Shown in pieces: positions 62,775 to 64,000 of a DNA stretch of 64,000 nucleotides. The stretch comes from Octopus sinensis. Lineage: Eukaryota. Under the pieces are notes generated by a model, which did not search any database, was not told where the DNA came from, and saw only the letters and a list, made by a program, of their open reading frames with translations. How positions within the stretch are numbered: position 1 is the stretch's first letter; each line of letters begins with the position of its first letter. Both the position numbers and the translations under genes were made by a program. The stretch is taken from the NCBI RefSeq assembly GCF_006345805.1, contig NC_043016.1, positions 30,938,001 to 31,002,000 of the forward strand. The letters are read 5' to 3'.

Positions 62775-63120
62775 TATTCTTTTACTTGTTTCAGTCATTT
62801 GACTGCAACCATGCTGGAGCACCGCCTTTAGTCAAATAAATCAACCCCAGGACTTATTCTTTATAAGCCTCGTACTTATTCTATTGGTCTCTTTTGCCAA
62901 ACTGCTAAGTTACAGGGGACATAAACATGCTGACATCAGTTGTCAAGCGATGATGGAGGGAAAACACAGACACACACAAATATATATATGATGGGCTTTT
63001 TTCAGTTTCCATTTACCAAATCCACTCACAAGGCTTTCGTCTGCCCAAAGCTAAAGTAGAAGACACTTGCCCAAGATGCCATGTAGTGGGACTGAACCCA
63101 GAACCACACAGCCACACCTA
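62775..63120 (-). mobile_element. SINE family A
   Basis: Family A blocks in reverse orientation. Confidence 0.88.
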
Positions 63121-63824
63121 CTTTTATATACTTTTATATATATCATGTACTATTCCGTGATAGAAAAGCCAACAAAAAAAAGTACTCCGTCTAGTGAGGG
63201 ATAAATATTATCTATTTAAAGAACATTATCTATTTAAAGTCTTTAAGTGCTACTAATAGTTTTATATATATTGAAAAATATCTCAAGCATTTTCATCAGG
63301 CACAAACCAGATTTATTTTTATATATACTTAAATATACTTACGTATTTATATATGTAAGTATATGAAGAGACATACTTATATATATGTATATATGAAGAG
63401 AGAGGTGGGAGCAGAGAGATTTTTTTATAATTATAACAGGAGAATAATGTAAGCAGGTCTTTCTATTTCATTGATATACAACTGTTTCATTGAGTATTAC
63501 TATTTTATGCAATAATATGTGCAACCATTGATATATATTAGGTGTTATAGATGCAAAAGAAGACTGATTCTTCAGAATCATGCATAGAAGTTATGTGCTG
63601 TGGACATTTGAATAAATAATAATCTATACTTCTATCAAGTTGAGCATGTTTGAATATGGTTACATTTATATATATTACAAGCCAAACTCAACAAAACAAA
63701 CTCTGGTTTGAGTAGACCATTGAAGAAGAATGAATCAGAAAATGAAAAGAAATAATAAAAGCATGAAAGAAATGTTTGTTTTTTAGACAGTCTATAGTCT
63801 TGTCAACAGTTTCTGTTCCCAAAG

Positions 63825-64000
63825 TGGTTTAGCTGGCAGAAACGTTAGCACACCGGACGAAATGCGTAGCCGTATTTCGTCTGTTGATACGTTCTGAGTT
63901 CAAATTCCGCCGAGGTCGACTTTGCCTTTCATCCTTTCAGGGTCGATAAATAAAGTACCAGTTTCCCACTGGGGTCGATGTAATCGACTTATTCCCTTTG
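63825..64000 (+). mobile_element. SINE family B, CpG-rich young copy running off the window end
   Basis: ctggcagaaacgttagc...gttctgagttcaaattccgccgaggtcgactttgcctttcatcc. Confidence 0.9.

Noticed and set aside
54397-64000. NECAP exon 2 (ASDWKLD..DWTGRL)
   Set aside because: Not found in any frame I read; intron 1 appears to exceed 9.6 kb.

Overview
AT-rich, repeat-dominated animal genomic DNA. The SINE/LINE families and microsatellite load resemble an octopod cephalopod (inference from memory of such repeats, no search run). Only three host coding exons are supportable. Two belong to a minus-strand CIDE-N gene that aligns with DFFB/CAD (exon 1 at 21094-21219, exon 2 at 7097-7224, intron about 13.9 kb); exon 2 carries an apparent +1 frameshift. 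The third is the first coding exon of NECAP on the plus strand (54308-54396). The rest is mostly mobile-element debris: three tRNA-derived SINE families, RTE, R4/Dong-like, Tx1-like and possible CR1-like LINE relics, a DD37D (maT) Tc1/mariner transposon, several MITEs and at least eight Penelope-like element (PLE) fragments. Less routine structure includes minimal type I hammerhead ribozyme motifs (one with an intact core), a small inverted-repeat-bounded element joining a tRNA-like Pol III head to a hammerhead, a tRNA-Thr(GGT)-like cassette whose acceptor stem extends to 28 bp, and many long inverted repeats inside introns. Almost all ORFs in the supplied track are microsatellite or transposon artefacts. 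Boundaries of degenerate repeats are estimated by eye (about +/-20-50 bp).
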